DNA from: an uncultured delta proteobacterium
GTDB lineage: Bacteria; Desulfobacterota; Binatia; UBA9968
DNA length: 64,000 bases
Assembly (NCBI GenBank): GCA_963727625.1
Contig: CAVSHR010000004.1
Location: 256,001 to 320,000 of the forward strand
Direction: 5' to 3'
The notes beneath the pieces are model-generated. The model did not search any database. It worked only from the letters and a program-made list of their open reading frames with translations, and was not told where the DNA came from. Made by a program: the position numbers and the translations under genes. Below are positions 48,070 to 58,398 of the stretch, in pieces (positions within the stretch are counted from its first letter, which is position 1; each line of letters opens with the position of its first letter).

Positions 48070-48666
48070 CTAGAACGTATCCACCAATTCCCGCAGCCGG
48101 TCTTTCGCTGACGATAAAATCGGCACGCCGTCACCGACCAGTAGAATAGCGAAGTCTAGCCCCAGCAGCCCCCTCACGCTATCACGCAAGCGCGGCGGAT
48201 CGTCCACGACCTTGTCCGGTAAGAGCCTGCACCTCCCCGGCGGATCGCCGACCGCTGCATCCCCAACCAAGAGGATTCTTCGCTCCGGCCAATGCAGCAC
48301 AACTTCGCCCAACGATTTACCCGGGGCGCCGACCACGACGAACGGCCCCACCTTGATGCCGATTCTCAATTCGTCATCCAGCTCCGCGCCCTCGCTGCGC
48401 GCGTGCGCCGCGTCCGCAGGGTGGATCGCCGTTCGCGCGCCCGTCCGGGCGCGAATCTTGTTCGCCGCGCGTGAGTGATTGCGATTGGTGATGAGAATAC
48501 GCGCGACCCCCTCCCGCTCCATTTCCGCCAAGTCCTCGTCGCTGGGCTCCACGGGATCCACGCAAAGATTTCCATCAGCGTACTTAATGAAGTGGCCGTT
48601 AAAATTGTAGCCATGCGGCTCGGAAAACCACGGCCAGGTGTAAATGCCCGTCAGGATCTCATACAT
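48070..48666 (-). CDS. MBL-fold protein with degenerate metal motif
   Basis: VDP...ILITNRNHSR...VGDA...LLVGDG. Confidence 0.75.
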   Translation of the reverse strand: MYEILTGIYTWPWFSEPHGYNFNGHFIKYADGNLCVDPVEPSDEDLAEMEREGVARILITNRNHSRAANKIRARTGARTAIHPADAAHARSEGAELDDELRIGIKVGPFVVVGAPGKSLGEVVLHWPERRILLVGDAAVGDPPGRCRLLPDKVVDDPPRLRDSVRGLLGLDFAILLVGDGVPILSSAKDRLRELVDTF

Positions 48667-48772
48667 TTTAACTCCAGCTCGCTCCCTTCTATGGCTTGTA
48701 GCGATATCACAGCGTCATACTAGCACGGTTCCACGATCTTTGGGTCATAGTCATGGCGCCGTGTAATGTGCC

Positions 48773-49525
48773 TTAAGGGTTCGCCACAACGTTCCCCAAA
48801 GGCCAGGTGGAGCCGTCGCCGCCGATCTCCAGCTTGATATCGACGGCGACGGCGGCGTCCTTTAGAATTACCGGCAGGCCGGCGCCGCGGGTGGCCAGAA
48901 ACTCAATTCCGCCGTAGGACCAATACCTGTCCGGAACGCTCACGCCGGCGCCGTCCGGATGCGGCGGCAGGATCTTAATCGGCCGCCCATCATAGAAGCC
49001 CAAAATGTTGCGCTTCTCTCGCCACTCTTTGACTGCCGGGTTTATCCTGCCGGTGTTGGGATCAAACGCCTTCAGGTGTTCGGCGCTGTGGTAGAGCGCC
49101 ACCAATTGCGGATCGTTGATCATGGCCGGCAAGATCATCGCGCTGGGAAGCTTGCTGTATTTCTCACGCCAGGAAGTTCTTGGAATTGCCAGATGCGCGT
49201 GATTGAGGTCCAATGGAAAAAAGTACCGTGCGGCGCCCGCTTGCAAAATCTCCTTTAGGTGCCGGAGTGTTTCACTGACAAACCGGCACGGCAGCCGGCG
49301 TTGTTTGCCATAGAACACTGCGCTAAAGTCCGAGGCTCCAAAAAAGCAACTCGCGGCCTTGAGCGGTTGTTTCAGGCGTTTTCCGTAATTTATCTGGTAG
49401 CGATAAGCGATTTCAATTTCCTTGGCGGTGAAGTGCCACGGGTTACGATAGGGCTGTGCACCAAGAAGGGAGCCATTGCTGATAACCAGCGCGAAAGACG
49501 TGAAAATTACAGCGGCGAGCAGCAT
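48773..49525 (-). CDS. Hypothetical exported protein
   Basis: Signal-like N-terminus after GGGGG RBS; HAH and YHSAEH motifs; family not recognised. Confidence 0.65.
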   Translation of the reverse strand: MLLAAVIFTSFALVISNGSLLGAQPYRNPWHFTAKEIEIAYRYQINYGKRLKQPLKAASCFFGASDFSAVFYGKQRRLPCRFVSETLRHLKEILQAGAARYFFPLDLNHAHLAIPRTSWREKYSKLPSAMILPAMINDPQLVALYHSAEHLKAFDPNTGRINPAVKEWREKRNILGFYDGRPIKILPPHPDGAGVSVPDRYWSYGGIEFLATRGAGLPVILKDAAVAVDIKLEIGGDGSTWPLGNVVANP

Positions 49526-49905
49526 ATCCGAATCCCCCCTTTCATCATACACCCTAAGACGTTCTCCCCTATCAAGATAAATTCCGGCACCTTTAAGTCA
49601 ACCGGAAAAAGTAGAATCCGGAATCATCAGACCTTTCCGGCCCGACTCTGTTTATTGAATTGTCGAAGTCAGCTCTTTTGTCTGAACCATGCGGTCATGT
49701 GAGAGTAGGCAAACTTCTGAGGTAAACACGGAGTGACAACGTCGTTGCCGCTCGATGCGTTGCGCAACGTGAAAAATTGACAGAGAAATTGTGTCTGCTT
49801 CGCTAATGTTGTGAACTTAATTTCTCCAGCTTCAAATAACCGCAAATCCTAATGGCTTGCGCTCCCAATCATGCGTGATTTAAACGGGGAAGCCGGCGAG
49901 TCCGG

Positions 49906-50577
49906 TTAACGAAATAACGATCGCGCAGCACCGCTGACTATTGCCATATAGGTTCCCAAAAGCAGCAATGTGATCAGAAAATTCCTTTTCCAATGACCGC
50001 TCAGGGCGATTCCGAATGGCAGCCCGGTGAGGAAACCAATGATGTGAGCCGCGTAGGCGACGTGCGGGTCGTAGCCGGGAATCCGGCTCTTTTCGTAGAC
50101 CACGACGAGGTTGTAAATGAAGTAAAGAATCGCGATCAATCCCTGTGGCGCGAGAAAAAGCCAGGAGAACTTGAGCGGCCGGACGAGCATGACACAGCCT
50201 GCAAGCGCGAAGATTGCCGCCGAGGCGCCAAGCATTCCGGTCCCAAAGGGCATAAAGGCCACGCCAAGGATGAAGCTTGCGACGCCGCCGGTGAAGAAGA
50301 TCGTCAGGAGCATTTGTGATCCGAGGGATTTCCCCAACGTGCTTCCGAAGACAAATAAAAACAGCATGTTTCCGAACAGGTGGATGACGTTGGCGTGAAC
50401 AAACAGCGCCGCGACCAGAGTCCAGACTCGGCCCCTTTCGAGGTTCGCCAAATTAAAGACAAGGTTTCTTTGGGCAAACCCCGGGTCCTGTTGCCATGCC
50501 CAGAGACTTGCCGCGATGCAAGCGATTATCAGCAGTAAAGTCGTTCTCAAATAATTGCCTCCGGGCAGATCATACAC
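49906..50577 (-). CDS. Rhomboid intramembrane serine protease
   Basis: HAN..HLFGNM, GAS, AH..G. Confidence 0.9.
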   Translation of the reverse strand: MYDLPGGNYLRTTLLLIIACIAASLWAWQQDPGFAQRNLVFNLANLERGRVWTLVAALFVHANVIHLFGNMLFLFVFGSTLGKSLGSQMLLTIFFTGGVASFILGVAFMPFGTGMLGASAAIFALAGCVMLVRPLKFSWLFLAPQGLIAILYFIYNLVVVYEKSRIPGYDPHVAYAAHIIGFLTGLPFGIALSGHWKRNFLITLLLLGTYMAIVSGAARSLFR

Positions 50578-50880
50578 AAATTCATTTCAATCCGCTCGCT
50601 TGCCCTGTGTCGTCGTCGCCGTAAATCGCAATAGGATCAGGAAAGTAAATTCGGGCAGATGGATGAGGGCCTCGCTCTGGCCGCGTCTTCCCTCTTTGCC
50701 TCGATCGTGGAGAAAATCAGCGGGATCGGGCTATTACGACTGGACTATTTCTTTGATTTGTCAAAGTTTGAGCCGGTCGAAGCAACGGCAGCGGAGCAAT
50801 GGTACCCACTTCACCTCGAACATGCTGCTGGTAGCGTCAATCGGCGTTGAAATGCCAAACTCGCCCGCGTTGGCGTTAAA

Positions 50881-51129
50881 ATGGTTGATAGCGCGAGCTA
50901 CGAAAACAGGGAAAAAATCGGAGAAGCCCAGCGGCCCGACCCGTTCATTTCACACCCCAGTGGAAATCCGAAAAACGTCGCCTACGATGTCCAGACCTAC
51001 GCGGTTCCGGCGGAATCCGGTGGAATGTTTGAGTTCAGGGTCCCCGAAGCGGGCAAATATCTACTCGTCGACCAGGACAAGCTTTCGCAACTTCCCAAGG
51101 GTCTGGTTATTCCGATCGTGGCTCGCTAG
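50881..51129 (+). pseudogene. Possible remnant of a cupredoxin/NirK-like C-terminus
   Basis: SGNPKNV...VQTYAVP...FEFRVPEAGKYLLVD resembles the last strands of Cu-nitrite reductases; no upstream part seen. Confidence 0.45.
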
Positions 51130-51279
51130 ACGGGGAAATCATTCGAGTCGGGCGATTGGCTTACCATCAACTCGGATTTACGAAAGAACTCGGCGGCTCA
51201 GCTCCTACGATGCAACTATATTGAGAAGTCGAAATCGGCCCCCGTTTGCCTGATCGGTCCGCTCACGCGTGCCGTGCTG

Positions 51280-52218
51280 CTAGACGCGGGGAAAGACTTC
51301 CTTCGCCATCCACTCCATCCGTTCCAGTGTTTCGGTTATGTTCGGCCGGCGCACATCGAAGATCATCGTGTCGACCCCCGCGGTGCTATAAGCGCGGATG
51401 TCCGATGCAACTTCTTCAGCGCTTCCGATAAATCGCCGGCGTTTTCCCGGCGCAATTTGTTTTTCGCGGTCGAAGAGCGAGCCCTTTAACGCGACGCGAA
51501 TTTCCTTGGGATCGCGGCCGGCTTTTTCGGCGTATTCCCGCAGCATCGACCTGTCCTTGACGATGTCCTCGGGTTCGAGCGGTATGGTCGGCACGCCGCC
51601 GATCGGGTGCCAGCCGTCGCCGAGGCGGGCGGCGCGGCGGATCGCATGTTTGCTGTGACCGCCGATCCAAATCGGGATCGCCGGTTTCTGCACAGGTTTA
51701 GGCAAAAAAAGAATGTCGGAGAAGCTGCAATACTTGCCGCTGAAGCTCGGATTATCGCTAGTCCATAACTCGCGAAACGCCGCGATGTATTCGTCCGTGA
51801 CTTTGCCGCGCTCTTTGAAGGGCTCGGTGCGGATAGTTTCGAATTCTTCCTTCATCCAGCCGACGCCGGCGCCGACGATCACGCGCCCGTTCGACAAAAC
51901 GTCCAGGCTCGCCAGCATCTTGGCCGTGACGATCGGGTTGCGATAAGGCAGAATCATGACACTGGTCACGAAGCGAATCCGTTTAGTCGCGCCCGCAAGA
52001 AAACCCATCGTCATCAGAGTTTCGAGATGATAACCCGTGCCGGGATATTTTCCGTCTACGGTGTAGGGATAGGGAACCGAAATATTTTTCGGCACGATGA
52101 CATGGTCGGCGACCGTCAGGCAGTAAAAACCCAAGGCCTCGGCTTGTTGCGCGAAACGAACCAACTCTTCGGCTTTAACGGTCGCGCTGGATGCCGGGAG
52201 GTGTAGTCCAAAATCCAT
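51280..52218 (-). CDS. LLM-class (probably F420-dependent) oxidoreductase
   Basis: ADHVIVP, LPYRNP, SNGR...GVGWMKEEF, PKPVQ, IWIGG. Confidence 0.9.
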   Translation of the reverse strand: MDFGLHLPASSATVKAEELVRFAQQAEALGFYCLTVADHVIVPKNISVPYPYTVDGKYPGTGYHLETLMTMGFLAGATKRIRFVTSVMILPYRNPIVTAKMLASLDVLSNGRVIVGAGVGWMKEEFETIRTEPFKERGKVTDEYIAAFRELWTSDNPSFSGKYCSFSDILFLPKPVQKPAIPIWIGGHSKHAIRRAARLGDGWHPIGGVPTIPLEPEDIVKDRSMLREYAEKAGRDPKEIRVALKGSLFDREKQIAPGKRRRFIGSAEEVASDIRAYSTAGVDTMIFDVRRPNITETLERMEWMAKEVFPRV

Positions 52219-52337
52219 GCTTGTTCATCCTTCGCATTACTTGTTACAGCGGCGCGAAGAGCGCGGAAGAAATAATTTTTGTCGAGACTTTTTCGGACGC
52301 ACCGAGCTCTGCGCCTTTGTGGTGACTGGTTTTTGCT

Positions 52338-52898
52338 CTAACCAACCGCCGCCGCGGCGACGGGTTCAAGCGAAATTCTGTCGCCGACACTGATCACGCC
52401 GTCGCTCAAAATTTCTGCTTTAAGTCCGCTGCGATGATGCAAGGCCGGAAAGATTTTCGGCAGCTTGGTGACACTTACTAAATGACCGCAGGGCTCGAAT
52501 AAGCGGATGCCGCGCATGCGCACACCGCCGATGGTAAATTCCCGATGCAATAAACCGATCAGCGGCACGCCGCGGGTGACGACGTTGCGCCGGGTCAGGT
52601 CGGCAATGGATTCGACGCCCAGCTCCCGTGCGGCAAGCTCGAGAGTTTCGGCTTCGATCAGGCTCAACGCCTTGTCCGGCCGCTTGACTTGGTTCCAGGA
52701 GTCGCGGAAGAACCTATCCCCTTCCAAGCCGCGGTCGGCAAATGCGCGCACGCTGGACCGTGACACCATCGCTCCGGCGGATACGGGCGCGATGAATAGC
52801 GCCGCCACTCGGCCCTGCCAGGCCGGTGTGGCGGATTTGAACCCGCGCCACAATTTTGGATCCATTTCTTCCGGCATCGCTCGGATTTCTTGCGCCAT
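52338..52898 (-). CDS. MOSC domain protein
   Basis: GLEGDRF, RRNVVTRG, EPC, G.ISVGD. Confidence 0.88.
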   Translation of the reverse strand: MAQEIRAMPEEMDPKLWRGFKSATPAWQGRVAALFIAPVSAGAMVSRSSVRAFADRGLEGDRFFRDSWNQVKRPDKALSLIEAETLELAARELGVESIADLTRRNVVTRGVPLIGLLHREFTIGGVRMRGIRLFEPCGHLVSVTKLPKIFPALHHRSGLKAEILSDGVISVGDRISLEPVAAAAVG

Positions 52899-52909
52899 AG
52901 AGTCTCCTC

Positions 52910-52947
52910 AAAACGACGCCGGCCACTGAAAGATCAGTGGCCGGCGT
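52910..52947 (-). terminator. Hairpin/intrinsic terminator
   Basis: ACGCCGGCCACTGA-AAGA-TCAGTGGCCGGCGT with a short U-tract. Confidence 0.7.
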
Positions 52948-52980
52948 AGGCAACATATGGTTTAACCGCGCCCTCGACGC

Positions 52981-53463
52981 TTACCCCGCCGAGTTGGCAA
53001 AAAACCTCGTGTCTTCGATCGGCGCCACAGTCTTATTTTCCGCGGAATCGGCGAGCAGCGGCTTGCCATCCGGACGCACGCGCATCTCGACGCCGCCCTG
53101 AGGTTTTCCCTTGATGCCCGCTCCGACGCGGATCACGACCAAATTTTCCTTGCCGGTATTGTGATAGCGATAGTAGGCGCCTTTGGGAATCATCACGCCC
53201 TGGTGTTTTTCGACCTTGATCTCGTTGCCCTTTTCATCGAAGACGCTCATCTGGCCCTCGAGCACGATGAACGAATGGTCTTCGTCGAGATGACAGTGAA
53301 TCTCGTTCTCGCCGCCCTCGTAGTTGATCTTGGTATGAATCCACAGATTTTCGGTTTCCGCCACCAGCTGGGTGATTCGACCCTGCTTCATGTACGGGGT
53401 GCGCAGCGAAAATTTTTGCGTCTTCGGTTTCTCAGTAGGTTCTAATTTTCTTGCGGTTTGCAT
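52981..53463 (-). CDS. Cupin domain protein
   Basis: HCHLDEDHSFIVLEG...IPKGAYY. Confidence 0.88.
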   Translation of the reverse strand: MQTARKLEPTEKPKTQKFSLRTPYMKQGRITQLVAETENLWIHTKINYEGGENEIHCHLDEDHSFIVLEGQMSVFDEKGNEIKVEKHQGVMIPKGAYYRYHNTGKENLVVIRVGAGIKGKPQGGVEMRVRPDGKPLLADSAENKTVAPIEDTRFFANSAG

Positions 53464-53491
53464 GATGGCTCCCTTCAAATTGATTTCTGCT

Positions 53492-54553
53492 TTAGGCGTT
53501 TACGCCGTCGACCTTTAGGTGGTAAAGGTCGATCACATTGCTGCGCACGACTTTGTCGATGACTGGCTTCGCCAGATGGCCGAGCTCATCGGCGATGACC
53601 TGGCGCGAATGCGGCCACGTCGACGCGGCATGCGGATAATCGCTCGACCACATAAAATTATCTTCGCCGAACCAGTCCATCATACGCCCGCCCGCCGGGT
53701 CGCTGAAGAAGGTCGCGAAAACTTGCTCTTGCACGTACTCGCTCGGGAGTTTCTTCATGTAAGGCAGCGGCGCTTTGGGGCTGTGACGGATAAAATACTT
53801 ATCCCACTCGTGGCAATAGAACGGAATCCAGCCCACTTCATTTTCCACGTAGACGAGTTTTAGTCTTGGAAACTTTGCCAACGCTCCGCCGAAGACGAAA
53901 TCGAACAAGACGTTGGCGGCGTCGGTGAGTTTCTGGTTTACGGTCATGCGGTAAGTGTCCAAGCCCTTGCGATCGAAACGGCTGTAATTGAATCCGGTCA
54001 GGATGTGCACGTTGACCGGCATGTCGAGCTCGGAGGCCGCCTCCCAGAAGGGGTAGTAGTAGTCGCTCGTAAACGGCAAATGCTCGGGCGGCACCTGCCA
54101 TATCATGCAGCCGATCATCCCCTGCTTCTTGCAGCGCTCGAGCTCCTTGATGGCATTCGGAATGTTGTACATCGAGATCATCGGAATCCCGAATAGCCGC
54201 CCCGGGGCGGATTGGCAATAATCGATCATCCAATCATTGGCGATTTGAAAACAGGATTCCTGCAGATCGGCGTCTTCCAACGCGTAAAGCCGAAGTCCGT
54301 GCGTTGCGTATAAAACTTCGGCGCTGACACCGTCTACCGCCATCTCATCCAAGCGCGCTTTTGGGTCGTGACCGCCTGGCTTCTCACCCGCGGTGTTTCG
54401 AGGCGGAAACTTTGGAAATTTAGTACGGAGGCTAGGTGTCAGGTTGGCATCCCAAAGATCTGGCGGCTCCATGATATGGGAGTCTGAAGAGATAATTTTG
54501 TCTTTTCCTAAAACTTGTTCCGCGGTTCGTTTAACCGCAGCGGCCGTGCTCAT
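53492..54553 (-). CDS. Amidohydrolase_2 family protein
   Basis: ISSDSH, NVH, ENEVGW, WSSDYPH; GGAGG RBS before ATG 54553. Confidence 0.92.
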   Translation of the reverse strand: MSTAAAVKRTAEQVLGKDKIISSDSHIMEPPDLWDANLTPSLRTKFPKFPPRNTAGEKPGGHDPKARLDEMAVDGVSAEVLYATHGLRLYALEDADLQESCFQIANDWMIDYCQSAPGRLFGIPMISMYNIPNAIKELERCKKQGMIGCMIWQVPPEHLPFTSDYYYPFWEAASELDMPVNVHILTGFNYSRFDRKGLDTYRMTVNQKLTDAANVLFDFVFGGALAKFPRLKLVYVENEVGWIPFYCHEWDKYFIRHSPKAPLPYMKKLPSEYVQEQVFATFFSDPAGGRMMDWFGEDNFMWSSDYPHAASTWPHSRQVIADELGHLAKPVIDKVVRSNVIDLYHLKVDGVNA

Positions 54554-54701
54554 AGATTGTCCTCCTATAGTAGGCGTTAGGTCCGTAATTTCTTTAACCA
54601 TTATTCCTTTTTGCGATTTTTGTCCAGCGCCGTGAAGCGGCAGTAAGGATACGGCCCCAAAGCAAGTGGACATTGGCCATGGCATACGTTAAAGATTTTC
54701 A

Positions 54702-55553
54702 GTGATGGTAAAGACGACCCTAATTTTTGGCAGCTGGCTTTTCCTTGCTCTTCTTATTACGCCCGCAGCGCACCCCGGCGAGGCCCAAAACGCCTTTAAC
54801 GAAGGCGTGAAATTTTACCACGCGGGAAAGTTTAAAGAAGCTGTCAGTGCATTCAGCCGCGCGATCAAAGTCTCGCCGAAGGCGGACGAAGCCTATAACA
54901 ACCGCGGCCTGGCCTATTTCAAACTCGGCCAAATCGACGACGCGATCAAAGACTACGACGAAGCGTTGAAGCTCAACGGCAAATTGACCGACGCATACTT
55001 CAACCGCGGCAACACCCATTTCGCAGGGAAACAGTACGCCCGCGCCTTGGCGGATTTTGACGAGGTCGTAAAGCTCGACCCCAAGACGCCTAAGGCCCAC
55101 CGGCAACGCGGCCTGACGTATATAGCCCTCGACCAGTTCGAAAAGGCGATCGTGGATTTCAATCAGGCGCAGAAGTTGGATCCCAAAGACCCTGAAATTT
55201 ACTACAGCCGCGGACTCGCCTACCGCCGTCTAGGCAAATACGAACAGGCCTTGCAGGACTATTCCGCGGCGATCAAGCTCTCGCCCAAAAACGCCGAAAC
55301 CTATAACAACCGCGCCAATGTCTACTCCCTGCTCGGAAAGTATGACGCCGCGGTCAAGGACTACGACGAGGCGGTCAAGCTAGAGCCAAAGAACGCGCGC
55401 ATCTACGCCAACCGCGGCGCGATCAAATTGCGTCAGCAAAATAACGATGATGCGCGAAAAGACTTCAAAAAAGCCTTGGAGTTGGAGCCGGGACTGAAAG
55501 CCAAACTAAACCCGCTGATAACCGCCGCCGAAAAGGCGCCGGCGCGACGGTGA
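54702..55553 (+). CDS. Exported TPR-repeat protein
   Basis: Signal peptide plus 34-aa AYxNRG...DY..A repeats. Confidence 0.92.
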   Translation: MMVKTTLIFGSWLFLALLITPAAHPGEAQNAFNEGVKFYHAGKFKEAVSAFSRAIKVSPKADEAYNNRGLAYFKLGQIDDAIKDYDEALKLNGKLTDAYFNRGNTHFAGKQYARALADFDEVVKLDPKTPKAHRQRGLTYIALDQFEKAIVDFNQAQKLDPKDPEIYYSRGLAYRRLGKYEQALQDYSAAIKLSPKNAETYNNRANVYSLLGKYDAAVKDYDEAVKLEPKNARIYANRGAIKLRQQNNDDARKDFKKALELEPGLKAKLNPLITAAEKAPARR

Positions 55554-55560
55554 TGGTCTC

Positions 55561-56613
55561 ATGAGAAATACCTCGATTTTTCTGTTGCTGGTTGTGGCGG
55601 CACTCTGCGGTTTAAGCAAACCGAGTTGGCCCGCCGAAGCGCGGGACCCCCTCAAAACCGCCCTCGATCTTCACGATGCCGGCAAACTAAAAGAAGCAAT
55701 CATCGAATACAGCAAGTTGATCACAAGCGATCCTAAGCTTGGCGCGGCTTATTTTAATCGCGGCAACGCATACTACGATCTTGGCGAGGACCGGCAGGCA
55801 ATCAGGGATTACACCCAGGCGCTACGCATCAATCCAAAGGACGCCGAGGCGTTTTATAATCGCGGCAACGCCTATCGGCGCTTGAAGCAAGCGCAGGCGG
55901 CGCTCAACGACTACGGTGCCGCGATCAAATTGAATTCCGACGACGTTCGCAGCTACACCAACCGGGGCAGCCTGTACTTCGACGCCCGCCGCTACGAGGC
56001 GGCGGCGAAAGATTTTAGCGAAGCGATCCGCATCGATCCCAAGGACGCGCAGAACTATTACAACCGCGGCAACGCCTATCTTGCTCTGAATAATAAAGAT
56101 CAAGCGATCCGCGACTACGACGCCGCCTTGAGCCGCGACCGCAAGCTCGCCGAGGCCTATTACAATCGCGGAATCGCCTATGCGGAGATAAAAAAATATG
56201 AAGACGCCATCCGTGACTTCGATGCGACGCTGCGTTTTCGTCCGCAGTCGGCCGAGGCCTTCTACAATCGTGGTTTGGCGAAGATGAAGCTCGGCAAGTT
56301 CGAGGATTCCATCGAAGACTACAGCGAAGCGATGCGCATCAACCCCAAGGACCCGGAGGCGCCATTCAACCGCGGCTTGGCCTATTTGCGCGCCGACAAA
56401 TACGATTACGCCGCGCGTGACTTTACCGAGGTGATTATGCTGCAACCCAAGAACGCCGACGCCTACGTATACCGCGGCATTATTCGGGTTTATCAAGGCA
56501 AAGAAAAAGAGGCGGACGGCGATTTCCAAAAAGCCTTCCGCCTCGAACCCGGCCTCAAGAAGAAAATCCAACCGATCGTCGACGAGGCGAAGGCCAAAGC
56601 AAAGGTCAAGTGA
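55561..56613 (+). CDS. Exported TPR-repeat protein
   Basis: Signal peptide plus 34-aa AYYNRG repeats. Confidence 0.92.
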   Translation: MRNTSIFLLLVVAALCGLSKPSWPAEARDPLKTALDLHDAGKLKEAIIEYSKLITSDPKLGAAYFNRGNAYYDLGEDRQAIRDYTQALRINPKDAEAFYNRGNAYRRLKQAQAALNDYGAAIKLNSDDVRSYTNRGSLYFDARRYEAAAKDFSEAIRIDPKDAQNYYNRGNAYLALNNKDQAIRDYDAALSRDRKLAEAYYNRGIAYAEIKKYEDAIRDFDATLRFRPQSAEAFYNRGLAKMKLGKFEDSIEDYSEAMRINPKDPEAPFNRGLAYLRADKYDYAARDFTEVIMLQPKNADAYVYRGIIRVYQGKEKEADGDFQKAFRLEPGLKKKIQPIVDEAKAKAKVK

Positions 56614-56771
56614 TGTGCGCTCGAGCGCGGGCTATAAAAACTACGCTATCGCGCTTTGAAGTTCGGTTATCGTCGCGATGGCGCGACCGATGAGAAAAAT
56701 CGCTCTAAAATCAATCAACCGTCGGCACGCTTAAACGACCGCGACTCGTCAAGCGAAGAAAGAAGTCATCG

Positions 56772-58364
56772 ATGGGTGAAACTCGCGTCGATTTATTACA
56801 CCTTCTAGAAGATTTGCGGGATGCCTACCCCGGCTCGCTTGAGGAAACCATTCTGACCGAGATCATGGCCAACGCCCTGGATTCAGGGGCATCGATGATT
56901 TCGTTTTTTCCCGATCCCGCGCAAAGCGCAATTACGGTCATCGATAACGGCTCTGGCATGCAACGGCGCGACCTAGCGCGGTTTCATGACATCGCGGCAA
57001 GCCGCAAGCTGCGCGGCCAGGGCATCGGCTTCGCCGGTGTTGGGATCAAGCTCGGCCTGCTGGTTTGCGACGAAGTTTTAACTGAAACCCGACGCGGCAA
57101 AAATCATGTCGCGACCAGTTGGCGCATGGCATCGCGCCATCGGGCGCCGTGGAAGTGGACGCCAACTGCCGATCTGGTCGCCGAACGCGGCACCGCCGTG
57201 CGCCTCAAGCTGCGCAATCCGCTCTCCCCTCTGCTTGATCCGGGATTTGTCGAGGCAACCATCCGACGCCACTTCGAGCCGCTGCTCAATCCCGCTTTCG
57301 AAGACTTTCTCTTGTCGCATTATCCCAAAGGCATCGCGATCCAAATCAACTTCCGCCGCATGGAGCGACGCCGCACATCGGCGCCGCTGCATGCGCCGCT
57401 GGAAATCCGCATGCTGCGCAAACGCAAGCCCTCGGCGCTCGGTTATTTATTTCGCGATGACAACGCCCTTCCGGAGTATCGCCGCGGCTTGGCGATCAGC
57501 ACCTACGGCAAGGTGATCCGGCGCGGCTGGGACTGGCTCGGCATGACACCGGCTGCGCCCGAACGAATCGGCGGCTTGATCGAAGTACCGGCATTGGCCG
57601 CTTGCCTCACTCTTAACAAAGGTGACTTTATCCGTACCGGTGCGCGCGGCGCGACTTATTTGGCCTTTCGCAAGGCGATTCAGCAGGCGCTGGCCAATCA
57701 GCTTGCCGAATGGGGCGACGCGCAGCCGATCAACCAACAAGCGCCGCCGCGCGAAGTGCGGCCTTTGCAGCGCGATCTGGTGCATCTGCTCGAGGAGCTA
57801 ACTGTAGACTTTCCGTTGCTATCCAGCCTGGTTGAACGGCGGGCCGGCGGGCAAAAACGCTTGCCGTTCGGTGGCCGAGGAGATAATGCGGACGGGCGCA
57901 GCTTCGTCGCCGCTTCGGTCAGCTCGATGGGAGAGCCCGGCGAAAATCAGAGAGCCGAAGAAACTCCTGACGGCGCACAGAGGACCCAGACGGAAAACCC
58001 AAGCGTAAACGAACCCGAGACGGATATGAGCCATCCGAAGTCAGACGTACAGCTGCCGGGTCAAACCGCCGCGCGCCGCCCGGCGCACTATGGGCTGGAT
58101 ATTCAATTCGACGATCGCCCGGAAGATCCAAATCTCGGCCGCTTGATTGAATCGACTGTCTGGGTCAATCGCGCTCATCCGGCGTACCGGCGCGCGCTCG
58201 CATCACGCTCTATCGGTTATCACATTGCGCTCACCGTCGCGTTATCCCTGGCGCCCCTCGCCGTGGAACTGGCCCAGCAAACTGAGTTCGTGCTGGCTTT
58301 TCTGTCCCGGTGGGGTGAAGCCATCGACAAGCGTGTTGCCGGGCGTCGCTTCGGACCAGGCTAA
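56772..58364 (+). CDS. GHKL (HATPase_c, MORC/Hsp90-like) ATPase of unknown function
   Basis: EIMANALD, DNGSGM, GFAGVGIK, GTAV motifs; C-terminal VWVNRAHP. Confidence 0.85.
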   Translation: MGETRVDLLHLLEDLRDAYPGSLEETILTEIMANALDSGASMISFFPDPAQSAITVIDNGSGMQRRDLARFHDIAASRKLRGQGIGFAGVGIKLGLLVCDEVLTETRRGKNHVATSWRMASRHRAPWKWTPTADLVAERGTAVRLKLRNPLSPLLDPGFVEATIRRHFEPLLNPAFEDFLLSHYPKGIAIQINFRRMERRRTSAPLHAPLEIRMLRKRKPSALGYLFRDDNALPEYRRGLAISTYGKVIRRGWDWLGMTPAAPERIGGLIEVPALAACLTLNKGDFIRTGARGATYLAFRKAIQQALANQLAEWGDAQPINQQAPPREVRPLQRDLVHLLEELTVDFPLLSSLVERRAGGQKRLPFGGRGDNADGRSFVAASVSSMGEPGENQRAEETPDGAQRTQTENPSVNEPETDMSHPKSDVQLPGQTAARRPAHYGLDIQFDDRPEDPNLGRLIESTVWVNRAHPAYRRALASRSIGYHIALTVALSLAPLAVELAQQTEFVLAFLSRWGEAIDKRVAGRRFGPG

Positions 58365-58398
58365 AGCTCTCCCGCTCCGCGATTGTTCGGCGCTGGCT

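Noticed and set aside
54780-56560. Periodic nucleotide repeats (AACCGCGG, GACTAC) suggesting an array
   Set aside because: Explained by 34-aa TPR coding repeats; no CRISPR repeat-spacer array was seen anywhere in the window.
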